DNA of 64,000 bases from positions 3,232,001 to 3,296,000 of the forward strand of contig CAWIAD010000002.1 in NCBI GenBank assembly GCA_963833985.1, given 5' to 3'. Positions 30,926 to 41,208 of this stretch are shown one piece after another. The DNA comes from an uncultured Planctomycetaceae bacterium (GTDB lineage: Bacteria > Planctomycetota > Planctomycetia > Isosphaerales > Isosphaeraceae). The translations under genes and the position numbers were made by a program. Every line of letters starts with the position of its first letter. The stretch's first letter is position 1. The notes beneath the pieces are model-generated. The model saw nothing but the letters and a program-made list of their open reading frames with translations. It made no database searches and was not told where the DNA came from.

Positions 30926-33533
30926 ATGCCCTCTCCCGGTCGATCGCCTGGGCTGCGCCGGAACCTCTGCTGGATCGTCCTGGTGCTGTCGGCCGGCGTC
31001 CTCCAGGCCGGCGGACTGGCCGCGGCCCGGGCCGCCGATCCGAGCGCTGGCCAGACGGCCCTGCGCGAGCTGCGCGGATTTCGGGAGCTGGGCAGCGTGC
31101 TCTACGTGGCGGCCCATCCCGACGATGAGAACACCCAGCTCATCGCGGCGCTCGCCCGCGGACGCGGTTACCGCACGGCCTATCTCTCGCTCACCCGCGG
31201 CGACGGCGGCCAGAACGTGATCGGCCCGGAGCTTTTCGAGGAGCTCGGCGTGATTCGCACCCAGGAGCTGCTCGCCGCGCCGGCAGGACGGCGGCCAGCA
31301 GTTCTTCAGCCGCGCAATCGATTTCGGCTTCTCCAAGAGCCCGCAGGAAACCCTGCGGATCTGGAACCGCGCGGAGGTTGTGGCCGACATCGTGCGTGTC
31401 ATCCGGGCGTTCCGTCCGGACGTGGTGATCACGCGCTTCTCACCCCAGGGGGGTGGTCATGGCCACCACACCGCGTCCGCCATCCTGACCATCGAGGCCT
31501 TCCCGCTGGCGGGCGACCCCAGCGTGCTTCCCGGCGAGCCCGGGCTGGCTCCCTGGAAACCAAAGCGCCTCTTGCAGAACGGCGGCGGGTTCGGCGGCGG
31601 ACGTGGTGCCGGTGGAGGTAGGGCCGGCGGAGGCGGTGCGGCTACAGGCAGGGGTGGCGCGGGCGGAGCCGGCGCTGGTGCAGGCAGGGGTGGCGCGGCT
31701 TCCGGGACGAACTCGCTTCGCATCGAGATCGGCGGGAATGACCCGGTCAGCGGTGAGCCGCTTGCCGCCATCGCTGGCAAGAGCCGGTCGATGCACCGCA
31801 GCCAGGGTTTCGGCGGGTTCGGTGCTGGAGGCGGAGGCGGCGGCCCGCGCAGCGAGTCGTTCACGCTGCTGGCCGGTGAGCCCGCCAGCAAGGACATCCT
31901 GGATGGCGTCGAGACCACCTGGGCCCGGTTTCCAGGCGGTGCCGGAATCGCCCGGCTGGCCGATGAGGCGGTCACCCGGTTGGATCTGGACCATCCGGAG
32001 GCCAGCGTACCCGCGCTCCTGGCCATCCGCAAGCAGGTGAGCCAGCTCGACCCCGACCCCGTCGTGATCGAGAAACGACGGCAGCTCGATCGCGCCATCC
32101 AGGCGTGCCTGGGCCTGGTGGTGCGCACCACCGTGCCCCGCGCCGACGTGGTGCCGGGTGAAAAAATCGCGCTGCATCACGAGGCGGCGGTCGCGGCCGG
32201 CATCCCGGTGCGCTGGATCTCCGTCCGGTACGGCCTCACGGACCAGACGCTCGATTCGCCCATCGATCTGGCGGCCGGCCGCACCGCCACGCGCGACGGC
32301 GTTCAAACCATCCCCGCGGCGACACCGCTGACCCAGCCTTTCTGGCTGCGCGACGACCATTCCACGGGCATGTTTCACGTGCCGGCCGGCGAGCCGGAGT
32401 ATCGGCCCGAAAACCCGCCGGTGTTCCCGGTCACGCACCGGTTCCAGGTGGGAGACCAGTCGCTGGAGCTTCTTGACCGTGCCGTCCCGTCCGAGACCAG
32501 CGCCGCCGGCCAGCCTTCGCGTGAGCTGGGCGTCATCGCTCCCGTGTCGCTGCGGTTTCTCTCGGACGTGCGGCTCTTCGCGCCGGGGTCCGAGCGTGGC
32601 GTGGATGTGGAGATCACCGCCGCGCGTGACGATGTCTCCGGCACGCTCGGGCTGGGCACGCCGGACGGATGGAAGGCCGCGCCGGAGAGCCAGCCGTTCC
32701 GGCTGAAATCCGCGGGCGACCGCAAGACGCTCTCCTTCACGGTGAAGGCGCCTGCTCAGGCCGGTGCGGCCGTCTTCACGGCCCGGGCTCACGTGGGAAC
32801 GGCAACATGGACCAGCGAGCGCGTGACGCTCGAGCACGAGCATATCCCCGTGCAACTGCTCCAGCCCCCCGCGCGGCTCAAGGCCCTGGCACTGGACCTG
32901 AAGATCAAGGGGAAGCATGTCGGGTACATTCCCGGCGCGGGCGACCGGGTGGCCGAAAGCCTGGCGGAGATGGGCTACCAGGTCAGCCGCCTGGAGGGCG
33001 CGGACCTCACCCCCGAGAAGCTGCGCGGGCTGGACGCCGTGGTGATCGGCGTTCGTGCCTTCAACGTCCGCAAGGACCTGGAGGGGCATCTCCAGGCACT
33101 TTTCGATTACGTCCAGGACGGCGGCACGGTGGTGGCCCAGTACAACCGACCCGGCGGCGGGCGCAGCGCGCGGCTGGCTCCTTACAGCCTGACCCTCTCG
33201 AACCAGCGCGTCACCGACGAAGCCGCGCCGGTGAAGTTCCTGGTTCCCGACCACCCGGCGCTGAACGTCCCGAACAAGATCACCGCGGCCGACATGGAGG
33301 GCTGGGTCCAGGAGCGCGGCATCTACTTCCCCTCGGAGTGGGATCGCGCGCACTTCACGCCCATCGTGGCGTCGGGGGATCCGGGGGAAGTGCCGCTGGA
33401 AGGCGGCCTGCTCGTGGCGAAGCACGGCCGCGGCCATTTCGTGTACACGGGGCTGGTCTTCTTCAGGCAGCTTCCGGCCGGGGTGCCCGGGGCATACCGG
33501 CTCTTCGCCAACCTGGTCGCGCTGGGCCAATGA
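30926..33533 (+). CDS. Secreted PIG-L/LmbE-family deacetylase with Ig-like and C-terminal glutamine-amidotransferase-like domains; frameshift near 31280
   Basis: 'AHPDDE', 'TRGDGGQN', 'RTQELLAA' continue in another frame as '[13 protein letters not shown]...GHGHH'. C-terminus '[10 protein letters not shown]...[19 protein letters not shown]'. Confidence 0.85.
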
Positions 33534-33712
33534 CCCCCGGTGCCGAGACGAGCGCCGGCCAGCCGCACGACTCCGCCGCGCTGGACGAGCCGGCCGAGGA
33601 CGCCACGGGGCTGCCCTGGCCGCGCACCTGGCCCGGGGTTTACCTGCTGGTGATCGGCAGCTTCGTGCTCTGGGTCGTTCTTCTGGTCGTGCTGGAGTGG
33701 GCCTTCTCATGA
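33530..33712 (+). CDS. Small single-TM protein, putative symporter accessory protein
   Basis: ATGA overlaps with both neighbours; 'PWPRTWPGVYLLVIGSFVLWVVLLVVLEWAFS'. Confidence 0.7.
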   Translation: MTPGAETSAGQPHDSAALDEPAEDATGLPWPRTWPGVYLLVIGSFVLWVVLLVVLEWAFS

Positions 33713-35424
33713 GCGTGCTCGACTTCGCGGTGCTGGTCGCGAGCATGCTCGGGATTGCGGCCTATGGAATCTGGCAGTCGCGCGGTCGTTCCGGGCTGCA
33801 TCATTACCTGCGGGGCGACCGCCGCACCGGCTGGGCCACCATCGGCATCTCGGTCATGGCCACGCAGGCCAGCGCCGTGACGTTTCTGTCGATGCCCGGG
33901 CAAGGCTACCAGGACGGTCTGGGGTTCGTGCAGAACTACTTCGGAGCCCCGCTCGCGCTCATCCTCATTGCCGCGGTGTTCCTGCCGATGTACCGCCGGC
34001 TCAACGTCTACACGGCGTACGAATATCTTGGCCGCCGTTTCGACGCCAAGACGCGGCTGCTGGGCGCGGGCCTGTTTCTCTTGCAGCGCGGCCTCCAGGC
34101 GGGGATCACCATCTACGCGCCGGCCATCATCCTCTCGTCCGTGCTGCACTGGCGCACCGACGCGACCATTCTCCTTACCGGGCTGGTGGTGATTGCTTAC
34201 ACGGCCAGCGGGGGAAGCCAGGCGGTGAACGTCACGCAGAAGTACCAGCTCGGTGTGATCCTCTGCGGGATGATCGCGGCCTTCGTGCTGCTGCTTCGAA
34301 GGCTGCCGGAAGGCGTGGGGCTGGAGGGCGCCTTGACCGTGGCCGGCGGCTTCCGCAAGCTGGTAGGGGTGGATTTCTCGGTCGATGTGAACCGCCGTTA
34401 CACGTTCTGGTCGGGGCTGCTGGGCGGCTTCTTCCTGGCCCTGTCGTACTTCGGAACCGACCAGTCACAGGTGCAACGTTATCTCTCGGGTGGTTCTCTG
34501 CGCGAGAGCCGGCTAGGCCTGATGTTCAACGCCGTGCTGAAGATTCCCATGCAGTTCTGCATCCTGCTTCTGGGGACGATGCTCTTCACCTTCTACCAGT
34601 TCGAGCCGCCTCCGCTCTCATTCAACCAGCAGGTCTGGGAGAGAGCATTGAAGCAGGACACGGGCGGCCGCCTGCGGGCGCTCGAGGAACGCTACCGCGA
34701 GATCCACTACCAGAAACGCCAGGCCATCGAGGCCTGGCTCTCCGCGCGGCGGTACGACGATGGGGCGTCAGCGGCCGCGGCGCGGGCCGAGGCTCTGGAC
34801 GCGCACCAGAGCGCCCTGGCGGTACGGGACGAGGCGCGCGCGGCGCTCGGTTCGACCACCTCCGGCGCCCGGTCGCCGGATACCGACTACGTGTTCATCA
34901 CGTTCATCCTCGATCATCTGCCACACGGCATGATCGGCCTGCTGGTCGCGGCCTTCTTCGCCGCCACGCTCTCATCGAAGGCGGCCGAGCTGAACGCCCT
35001 GGCCTCGACCACCACGGTGGATATTTATCGTTTTCTGGTGCGGAAGGACGCCAGCGATGTGCACTACGTCACGGCGTCACGGTGCTTCACGGTGGCCTGG
35101 GGTGCTGTCGCTCTGGGCTTCGCGCTCTTCGCCAGCATGGCCGAGAACCTGATCCAGGCCGTGAACATCGTCGCTTCCATCTTTTACGGCGTCGTGCTGG
35201 CGATGTTCCTGGTGGCCTTCTTCTGTCGCTGGGTCCATGGCACGGCGGTGTTCTGGGCGGCCGTCGCGGCGCAGCTTCTGGTCTTCGCCATGTACTCCAG
35301 CCTTCCCATCAGCTATCTCTGGTACAACGTCATCGGCTGCGGGGCCTGCGTCGCCTTCAGCCTGGCCCTTCAGGCCGTGCTCGGGCCAGGAGCCGCACCC
35401 GCAAAGGAGCTGGAAGCGCCATGA
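33709..35424 (+). CDS. Sodium:solute symporter (SSS family)
   Basis: 'SVMATQASAVTFLSMPGQ', 'TAYEYLGRRF', 'YFGTDQSQVQRYL'; many TM helices. Confidence 0.93.
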   Translation: MSVLDFAVLVASMLGIAAYGIWQSRGRSGLHHYLRGDRRTGWATIGISVMATQASAVTFLSMPGQGYQDGLGFVQNYFGAPLALILIAAVFLPMYRRLNVYTAYEYLGRRFDAKTRLLGAGLFLLQRGLQAGITIYAPAIILSSVLHWRTDATILLTGLVVIAYTASGGSQAVNVTQKYQLGVILCGMIAAFVLLLRRLPEGVGLEGALTVAGGFRKLVGVDFSVDVNRRYTFWSGLLGGFFLALSYFGTDQSQVQRYLSGGSLRESRLGLMFNAVLKIPMQFCILLLGTMLFTFYQFEPPPLSFNQQVWERALKQDTGGRLRALEERYREIHYQKRQAIEAWLSARRYDDGASAAAARAEALDAHQSALAVRDEARAALGSTTSGARSPDTDYVFITFILDHLPHGMIGLLVAAFFAATLSSKAAELNALASTTTVDIYRFLVRKDASDVHYVTASRCFTVAWGAVALGFALFASMAENLIQAVNIVASIFYGVVLAMFLVAFFCRWVHGTAVFWAAVAAQLLVFAMYSSLPISYLWYNVIGCGACVAFSLALQAVLGPGAAPAKELEAP

Positions 35425-36197
35425 CGGGTACCCCGATCATCTGCTTTGGCCAGCAGCCGTGCGGTTTCTTCCCGCGCCGCTACCTCTACGCCAAGATCAT
35501 CACGGCGCGGCGGCTCCGGGAGCGGATTGGCGGCGAGATCGTCTATTTCTGCCACGACAGCGACCACGACTTCCGCGAGACCCGCACCACGCTCGTCCAC
35601 CGCAAGACCGGCGAGCCGCTCCAGCTCAATTTCGCTTTCGACAACCAGATCCAGCGCAAGTTCTCCCCGCTTCACTTGAAGAGAATTCAGGAAGGGTGGC
35701 ACGAGCGGACCGGGCACCAGATTGGTCCCTACGTGGAGCCCGTCTGGGCGCAGGCGTTCCGCGCGGTGCGGGCCCGGCTGGTCGCGGATTTCTGCCTCGA
35801 GATGTACGAGCGAATGGGGCTGCTGGAAAACGTGCGCGTGGCCCGCTCGAGCGATCCGGCCTTCCGCCGCAGTGCCTGCCCCGTGGACGATTACTTCGTG
35901 GACGTGCCGTACCAGGGCGAGATCGTCCGGGCCCGGCTGGTCGACGGCCGGCTCAAGCTCTACAAGGGTGGGGACCAGTACGTTGACCTGCCCGAGCAGG
36001 ACTACACCCCGGAGCAGATCAGCCCGACGCGCGATACCCGGCTGCGATGGATGCAGTCGGTGATCCGATGCACCCACTACGTGGCGGGGGCCAGCGAGCA
36101 GGACTATCTGCGCAAGGAGGACGCGCCGGAGATCACCTACGTCGTCCGCGATAGCATCGAGCGGGCCGAGGACGCCTATGTCGAACCCCCTGGCTGA
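35421..36197 (+). CDS. Short BshC-like protein (putative cysteine-adding enzyme)
   Basis: 'FGQQPCGFFPRRYLYAKIITA...YFCHDSDHDFRE' resembles BshC 'GQQ..LY..K..FW..EDHDF.E'; 'YVAGASEQDY' resembles 'Y.GGPGE..Y'; adjacent to bshB/bshA; only 258 aa. Confidence 0.6.
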   Translation: MTGTPIICFGQQPCGFFPRRYLYAKIITARRLRERIGGEIVYFCHDSDHDFRETRTTLVHRKTGEPLQLNFAFDNQIQRKFSPLHLKRIQEGWHERTGHQIGPYVEPVWAQAFRAVRARLVADFCLEMYERMGLLENVRVARSSDPAFRRSACPVDDYFVDVPYQGEIVRARLVDGRLKLYKGGDQYVDLPEQDYTPEQISPTRDTRLRWMQSVIRCTHYVAGASEQDYLRKEDAPEITYVVRDSIERAEDAYVEPPG

Positions 36198-36906
36198 GCA
36201 CACATTCCTGGTTGCCTTCGGAGCCCATCCCGACGACGTCGAGTTTGGCTGCGGAGGCGTGATCGCGCTGGAAACCCGCGCCGGGCGTGCGGCGCACATC
36301 GTCGTCTGCTCACGGGGCGAGTCGGCCACGCATGGCACGGCCGGGGAGCGGGCCCGCGAATCCGAAGTCGCGGCGCAGGTCCTGGGCGCCAGCCTGGAGC
36401 AGATCGAGCTGGATGGCGACGCCCGCCTGGAAATGAAATCGAAGCACGCGATCCGCATCGCCCAGATCATTCGCAGGCAACGCCCCATGATCGTGCTGGC
36501 CCCGAGCGTGGCGGAGAACCAGCACCCGGACCACTCGCGCCTCGGCCGCCTGGTGCGTGACGCGGCCCGCATTGCGCGCTACGGCGGTGTTGCCGACCTG
36601 AAGCACCTGCCCGCGCACGCGGTGGAGCAGGTCTTCTTCTACGTGCTCTCGCCGGGCGCCGAGCCGCCTGGCGTCACGCCGATCCTCGTCGACGTGTCGG
36701 CGCCCGAGGTCGTCGCGGCCTGGACTGCGGCGATGCAGGCGCATGCCACGCAGGTCAAAGCCCGCAACTACGTCGAGTTGCAGATCGCGCGTGCCCGCGT
36801 GTCCGGTCTTCGCGCGGGCGTCGGCCACGCCATCGCGCTGTACCCGAACGATCCGCCCGTCGTCGATTCGCTGTCCCGGCTAGGCCCCAGTGCGAGTCGC
36901 TTCTGA
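36178..36906 (+). CDS. bshB1: PIG-L family deacetylase, BshB1-like
   Basis: 'AFGAHPDDVEFGCGG', 'SRGE..T.GT..ER..E', 'HPDH'; directly upstream of bshA. Confidence 0.75.
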   Translation: MSNPLAEHTFLVAFGAHPDDVEFGCGGVIALETRAGRAAHIVVCSRGESATHGTAGERARESEVAAQVLGASLEQIELDGDARLEMKSKHAIRIAQIIRRQRPMIVLAPSVAENQHPDHSRLGRLVRDAARIARYGGVADLKHLPAHAVEQVFFYVLSPGAEPPGVTPILVDVSAPEVVAAWTAAMQAHATQVKARNYVELQIARARVSGLRAGVGHAIALYPNDPPVVDSLSRLGPSASRF

Positions 36907-36907
36907 C

Positions 36908-38071
36908 ATGGAACCCGCGCGACCGCTCCGCATTGGGATCACCTGCTACCCGTCCATCGGCGGCAGCGGCATCCTGGCCTCGGCGCTGGGGATCGAGCTG
37001 GCCGGCCGCGGGCACGAGGTGCATTTCATCAGCTACGAGCGGCCGGTACGCCTGCCGTCGCATCTGCCACGGGTGGCGTTTCACCCGGTCGGCATCAACG
37101 CATACGGCCTGTTCAAGTATCCTGATTACACGCTGCCGCTCTCGGTGAAGCTGGCCGAGGTGAGCCGCGAGCACCGGCTGGACGTGCTGCACGTCCACTA
37201 CGCGGTTCCCCATGCGACGGCGGCCATCCTGGCGCGGTCCATGCTGCCGGAGGGCCAGCGCCCAAGGATCGTCACCACGCTGCACGGAACGGATTCCACG
37301 CTGCTGGGCCGCGACCCCGGCTACGGGCCGGCAATCCGCCATGCGCTGGCGGCCTCCGACGCCGTCACCGTGGTCTCGGACTACCTGCGCGAAGAGACGC
37401 GGCAGGTGCTCGGCATCGAGCGGCCGATCGACGTGGTGCACAACTTCTACAAGCCGCGCGCGCCGGAATGGTCGCGCGAGGAAGTGCGCCGCGAGCTCGG
37501 GGTAGGCACCCAGGTACTCGTGCTCCATAGCTCCAACCTGCGGCCGGTGAAGAGGATCGACGTCTTGCTCGAGGCCGCGGCGCGGGTGCGCCCGCGAGAC
37601 TCCTTCCGGCTGCTCATCCTCGCGGGCGAAGATTTCAACCCGTTCGCCGCCGATGTGCACCGGCTGGGGCTGGAAGGCCAGGTGATTGTGCTGGAGCGCG
37701 TCACCGACATCGAGGATTACCTGCAAGCGGCCGACCTGGGTCTCTTCGCGTCGGATTCCGAGAGCTTCTGCCTGAGCATACTGGAGGCGATGAGCTTTGG
37801 CCGGCCCTGCGTCGCGACGGATGTGGGCGGCATTCCGGAAGTCGTCGAGGACGGCGTTTCGGGGCTGCTGGTCGCGCCGGGTGACGCCTCGGCCCTGGCG
37901 CGTGGGCTCGAGTTGCTGATTGCCGACCCCGCGCGACGAAGTGCGATGGGCGCCGTTGCGCAAAGGACTGCGCGTGAACGCTTCTCGGCCGAGGTGATCG
38001 TGCCCAGGTACGAGGCGGTCTACCGGCGCGTGTGCGCTGCGCGAACCGCGGCCGGTGGCGAACTGCCCTGA
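36908..38071 (+). CDS. bshA: N-acetyl-alpha-D-glucosaminyl L-malate synthase (GT4)
   Basis: 'IGITCYPSIGGSG', 'FKYPDYTLPL', 'LHVHYAVPHA', 'TTLHGTD', 'HSSNLRPVKR', 'ESFCLSILEAM'. Confidence 0.9.
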   Translation: MEPARPLRIGITCYPSIGGSGILASALGIELAGRGHEVHFISYERPVRLPSHLPRVAFHPVGINAYGLFKYPDYTLPLSVKLAEVSREHRLDVLHVHYAVPHATAAILARSMLPEGQRPRIVTTLHGTDSTLLGRDPGYGPAIRHALAASDAVTVVSDYLREETRQVLGIERPIDVVHNFYKPRAPEWSREEVRRELGVGTQVLVLHSSNLRPVKRIDVLLEAAARVRPRDSFRLLILAGEDFNPFAADVHRLGLEGQVIVLERVTDIEDYLQAADLGLFASDSESFCLSILEAMSFGRPCVATDVGGIPEVVEDGVSGLLVAPGDASALARGLELLIADPARRSAMGAVAQRTARERFSAEVIVPRYEAVYRRVCAARTAAGGELP

Positions 38072-38153
38072 ACCCCTGGGCGAAAGAGCAGCCGCCCGTA
38101 TTTCTGGCACTCCAGCGGTTACTGAGAGTGCAGGCCGATTGCACGAGGAAGCC

Positions 38154-38856
38154 ATGCCTCTGACCCTGGAATGGAGCGACATCGCGATTCGGCTGGCGCT
38201 GACCGTGCTCGCCGGAACCGTCATCGGCATCGACCGCACTGAGCATGGTCAGGCTGCCGGCCTGCGCACCATGATCCTGGTGGGCCTGGCCGCGGCCGTC
38301 GCGATGATCCAGGTGAACCTGCTCTTGCCGATGGGAGGCAAGACGCCCGACGCATTCGCCAACCTCGACCTCATGCGGCTGCCGCTGGGCATTCTCACGG
38401 GAATGGGGTTCATCGGCGGCGGCGCGATCCTGCGCCGGGGGAACATGATCCAGGGCGTGACCACCGCGGCGACTCTCTGGATTGTCACCGTGATCGGGCT
38501 TTGCTTCGGCGGCGGGCAGCTTGCGCTGGGGCTCGCGACACTGGTCCTGGCCGTGATCGTCGTCTGGGGCCTGAAGCACCTGGAGCGGCGCAGTGCGCTT
38601 CGAGCGCCGCGCGACGCTCTCGCTCAGCCTGACCGCGGAGGGACCCACGGCCGACGACCTCCGGACCATGCTCGCGCGGGCGGGCTTCGAGATCCTCTCG
38701 TGGAGCATGACCTCGCGCCCGGGCGACCAGGACCCGCGCCACAAGGTGCGCTGTGAGCTGAGCTGGCGCGGGCGACGAGACCTCTCCTTGACCCCGCCGA
38801 TTCTCATGCAGCTTGCCGGTCGCACCGGCGTGACGAAGCTGAAGTGGAAAACGTAG
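38154..38856 (+). CDS. MgtC/SapB-family membrane protein; frameshift near 38590
   Basis: 'AGLRTMILV', 'GMGFIGGGAIL', 'GVTTAATLW'; the C-terminal domain is in the next frame (38593-38856). Confidence 0.85.
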
Positions 38857-38881
38857 TGGCAAGTCCGCAGCGGATTCGCGT

Positions 38882-39589
38882 TCAGGGCTGTTCCCCGTGC
38901 GGGGCCGGGCGGATGTCCCTGCGCGTCGGGATCAAGCTGCCCAGGGCGATAAACACGCCGGTGAAGACCGTGGCGAGTGGGCTCCAGGCCGCGGCGTTCA
39001 TGACGCGCAGGAGGACGGCGTCTTCCCCGTCGTCCCGCACGCCGGCCGTGTGCAGCGCCTGCCGCGCGCGGCGGGTCGCATCCAGCTCGATGGGCAGGTT
39101 CATGAGCTGCAACAGCACGGTGATCGAGAACACGGCCAGTCCCCAGACCGTGAACCGGAAGATGCCCAGGAGCAGACCGGCGAAGATCAAGAACCAGGCC
39201 GTGATGGACCCGAGTGTCGCGAGCGGGACGATGGCTACGCGAACCATCAGCCCGGGGAAATGCGCGGCGTGCTGAAAGGAGTGACCGGCCTCGTGGGCCG
39301 CGACGCCGATGGCCGCCGGCGACCGGCCTTCAAACACGCTCCGGGAGAGCTGCAAGACGCGCCGGCTGCGATCATAGTGGTTGGCAAGCGGGCCGGAGGC
39401 GATCACGACCTCGACCGGTTCCATCCCGCCGGCCCGCATCACTTCGCCGGCCGTCTTCGCCCCCGTGAACCCTGACGACGACGCCCGGCGGGCACCTTCC
39501 CGGCCAGCCGAGACGGAGCGCCAGAGTGCCCACAGCGAGAGTGCAATTCCCGGCAGGCCCAGGAGTATATAATCCACATCCAGCAGCAT
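38882..39589 (-). CDS. Neutral zinc metallopeptidase (YugP-like)
   Basis: 'NHYD', 'AAIGVAAHEAGHSFQH', 'LPIELDATRRA'. Confidence 0.85.
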   Translation of the reverse strand: MLLDVDYILLGLPGIALSLWALWRSVSAGREGARRASSSGFTGAKTAGEVMRAGGMEPVEVVIASGPLANHYDRSRRVLQLSRSVFEGRSPAAIGVAAHEAGHSFQHAAHFPGLMVRVAIVPLATLGSITAWFLIFAGLLLGIFRFTVWGLAVFSITVLLQLMNLPIELDATRRARQALHTAGVRDDGEDAVLLRVMNAAAWSPLATVFTGVFIALGSLIPTRRDIRPAPHGEQP

Positions 39590-39762
39590 GGCCGCCTCCC
39601 TTGGGTCCTTCTTCACGGCGGAGCCGGATGGCGGCCGCCCGGGCACGAGCATTTGATTATAATCGACCCCTCGCCGAAGCTCTTGCGGTCGGCTCCTTGG
39701 TCCGATCTGATGGTTTCTGCGTGCCCGCGACGGGAGCAATGCACGAGCACGAGGAACCAGGC

Positions 39763-41208
39763 GTGAACCTGTCGACCGTCATCCGCAGCGAGCGATTCAC
39801 CTTCGCCGACCTGCGCCAGGTCTTCGCGATGGCCAACGAGCCGAAATCAGGCGATGCGCTGGCCGGCCTGGGTGCAGGCCACGAGCGCCAGCGGGTCGCG
39901 GCCAAGCAGGTCCTCTCCGAGCTCACCCTTCAGGAGATCGTCGAGAACCCGCTCATCGACCCGGACGAGGACGAGGTGAGCCGCCTGCTGCTGGACGGTC
40001 TCGATCGCCGGGCGTTCGAGTCCATTCGAAGCCTCTCCATCGGCGAGTTCCGGGAATGGCTTCTCCATGACACGACCGGCGGCGAGGAGCTGGAAGCGAT
40101 CCGGCGCGGCATCACGCCGGAGGTTGCGGCCGCGGTCGCAAAGCTGATGAGCAACAAGGACCTGGTGCTGGCCGCGGTCAAGGTCCGCGTCGTGACCCGG
40201 TGCCGCAACACCATGGGCCAGCGCGGGGTACTGGGCATCCGGACCCAGCCGAACCATCCCGCGGACCGCCTGGAGGGCATCTTGCTGGCGGCCGCCGACG
40301 GTCTGCTGTACGGCTGCGGGGATGCCGTCATCGGCGTGAACCCGGCCGCGGAATCGGTCGACGCGGTGGAGGCCGTTCTCCGCGGGCTGAACCGGCTCAT
40401 CACCGTGCTGGAGATCCCGACGCAGGCCTGCTGCCTCGCCCACATTACGACCCAGCTCGCCTGCCTCGACCGCCAGGCGCCCGTGGATCTGCTTTTCCAG
40501 TCCATCGCGGGAACCGAGGCCGCCAACCGGAGTTTCGGCGTGAACCTGGCCATGCTCCGCGAGGGCCGTCAGCGCGTGCTCGAAGACCACCAGCGGCGGG
40601 ATGTTCGCTGGGCCGGCGCACAGGTGATGTATTTCGAGACGGGCCAGGGCTCGGCGCTTTCCGCCGGGGCGCATCACGGCGTGGATCAGCTCACGCTCGA
40701 GTCCCGCGCCTACGGTCTGGCGCGGGAGCTCGATCCATTCCTGGTCAACAGCGTGGTCGGGTTCATTGGCCCGGAATACCTCTTCGACGAGCGCCAGATC
40801 GTGCGGGCCGGGCTGGAGGACCATTTCATGGGCAAGTTGCTGGGCTTGCCGATGGGCGTGGATGTCTGCTACACCAATCACGCCGAGGCCGACCAGAACT
40901 CGGCGGAGAACCTGCTCATGCTGCTGACCGCGGCCGGCTGCAACTACTTCATGGGCGTGCCCTGCTCGGATGACGTGATGCTCAATTACCAGTCGACCAG
41001 CTTCCACGACGCGCTGGCGATGCGCCGGCTCTTCGGTCTGCGTCCTGCACCCGAGTTCGCTGACTGGCTGGCGGAGCGTGGCTGGCCGGATGGCGGGTCG
41101 CTGGCGGGCGTGCCTGCGGAAGCGGATGCCGGAGCCGTGTCGGCCGATGGAGCGTTACTCCGGCAGCTTGAAACCGTACTGGCGGATGCCCGGAGCCGCG
41201 CGGAATGA
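39763..41208 (+). CDS. eutB: Ethanolamine ammonia-lyase large subunit
   Basis: 'SGDALAG', 'QPNHPAD', 'GDAVIGVNP', 'MYFETGQGSALS', 'VVGFIGPEYL', 'GLEDHFMGKL', 'DDVMLNYQSTSFHD'. Confidence 0.95.
   Translation: MNLSTVIRSERFTFADLRQVFAMANEPKSGDALAGLGAGHERQRVAAKQVLSELTLQEIVENPLIDPDEDEVSRLLLDGLDRRAFESIRSLSIGEFREWLLHDTTGGEELEAIRRGITPEVAAAVAKLMSNKDLVLAAVKVRVVTRCRNTMGQRGVLGIRTQPNHPADRLEGILLAAADGLLYGCGDAVIGVNPAAESVDAVEAVLRGLNRLITVLEIPTQACCLAHITTQLACLDRQAPVDLLFQSIAGTEAANRSFGVNLAMLREGRQRVLEDHQRRDVRWAGAQVMYFETGQGSALSAGAHHGVDQLTLESRAYGLARELDPFLVNSVVGFIGPEYLFDERQIVRAGLEDHFMGKLLGLPMGVDVCYTNHAEADQNSAENLLMLLTAAGCNYFMGVPCSDDVMLNYQSTSFHDALAMRRLFGLRPAPEFADWLAERGWPDGGSLAGVPAEADAGAVSADGALLRQLETVLADARSRAE

Noticed and set aside
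31440..33746. 768-aa minus-strand ORF, and similar long ORFs such as 24943-26595, 52188-54062 and 54177-55694
   Set aside because: Antisense shadows of well-supported genes, expected in high-GC DNA; no recognisable motifs.
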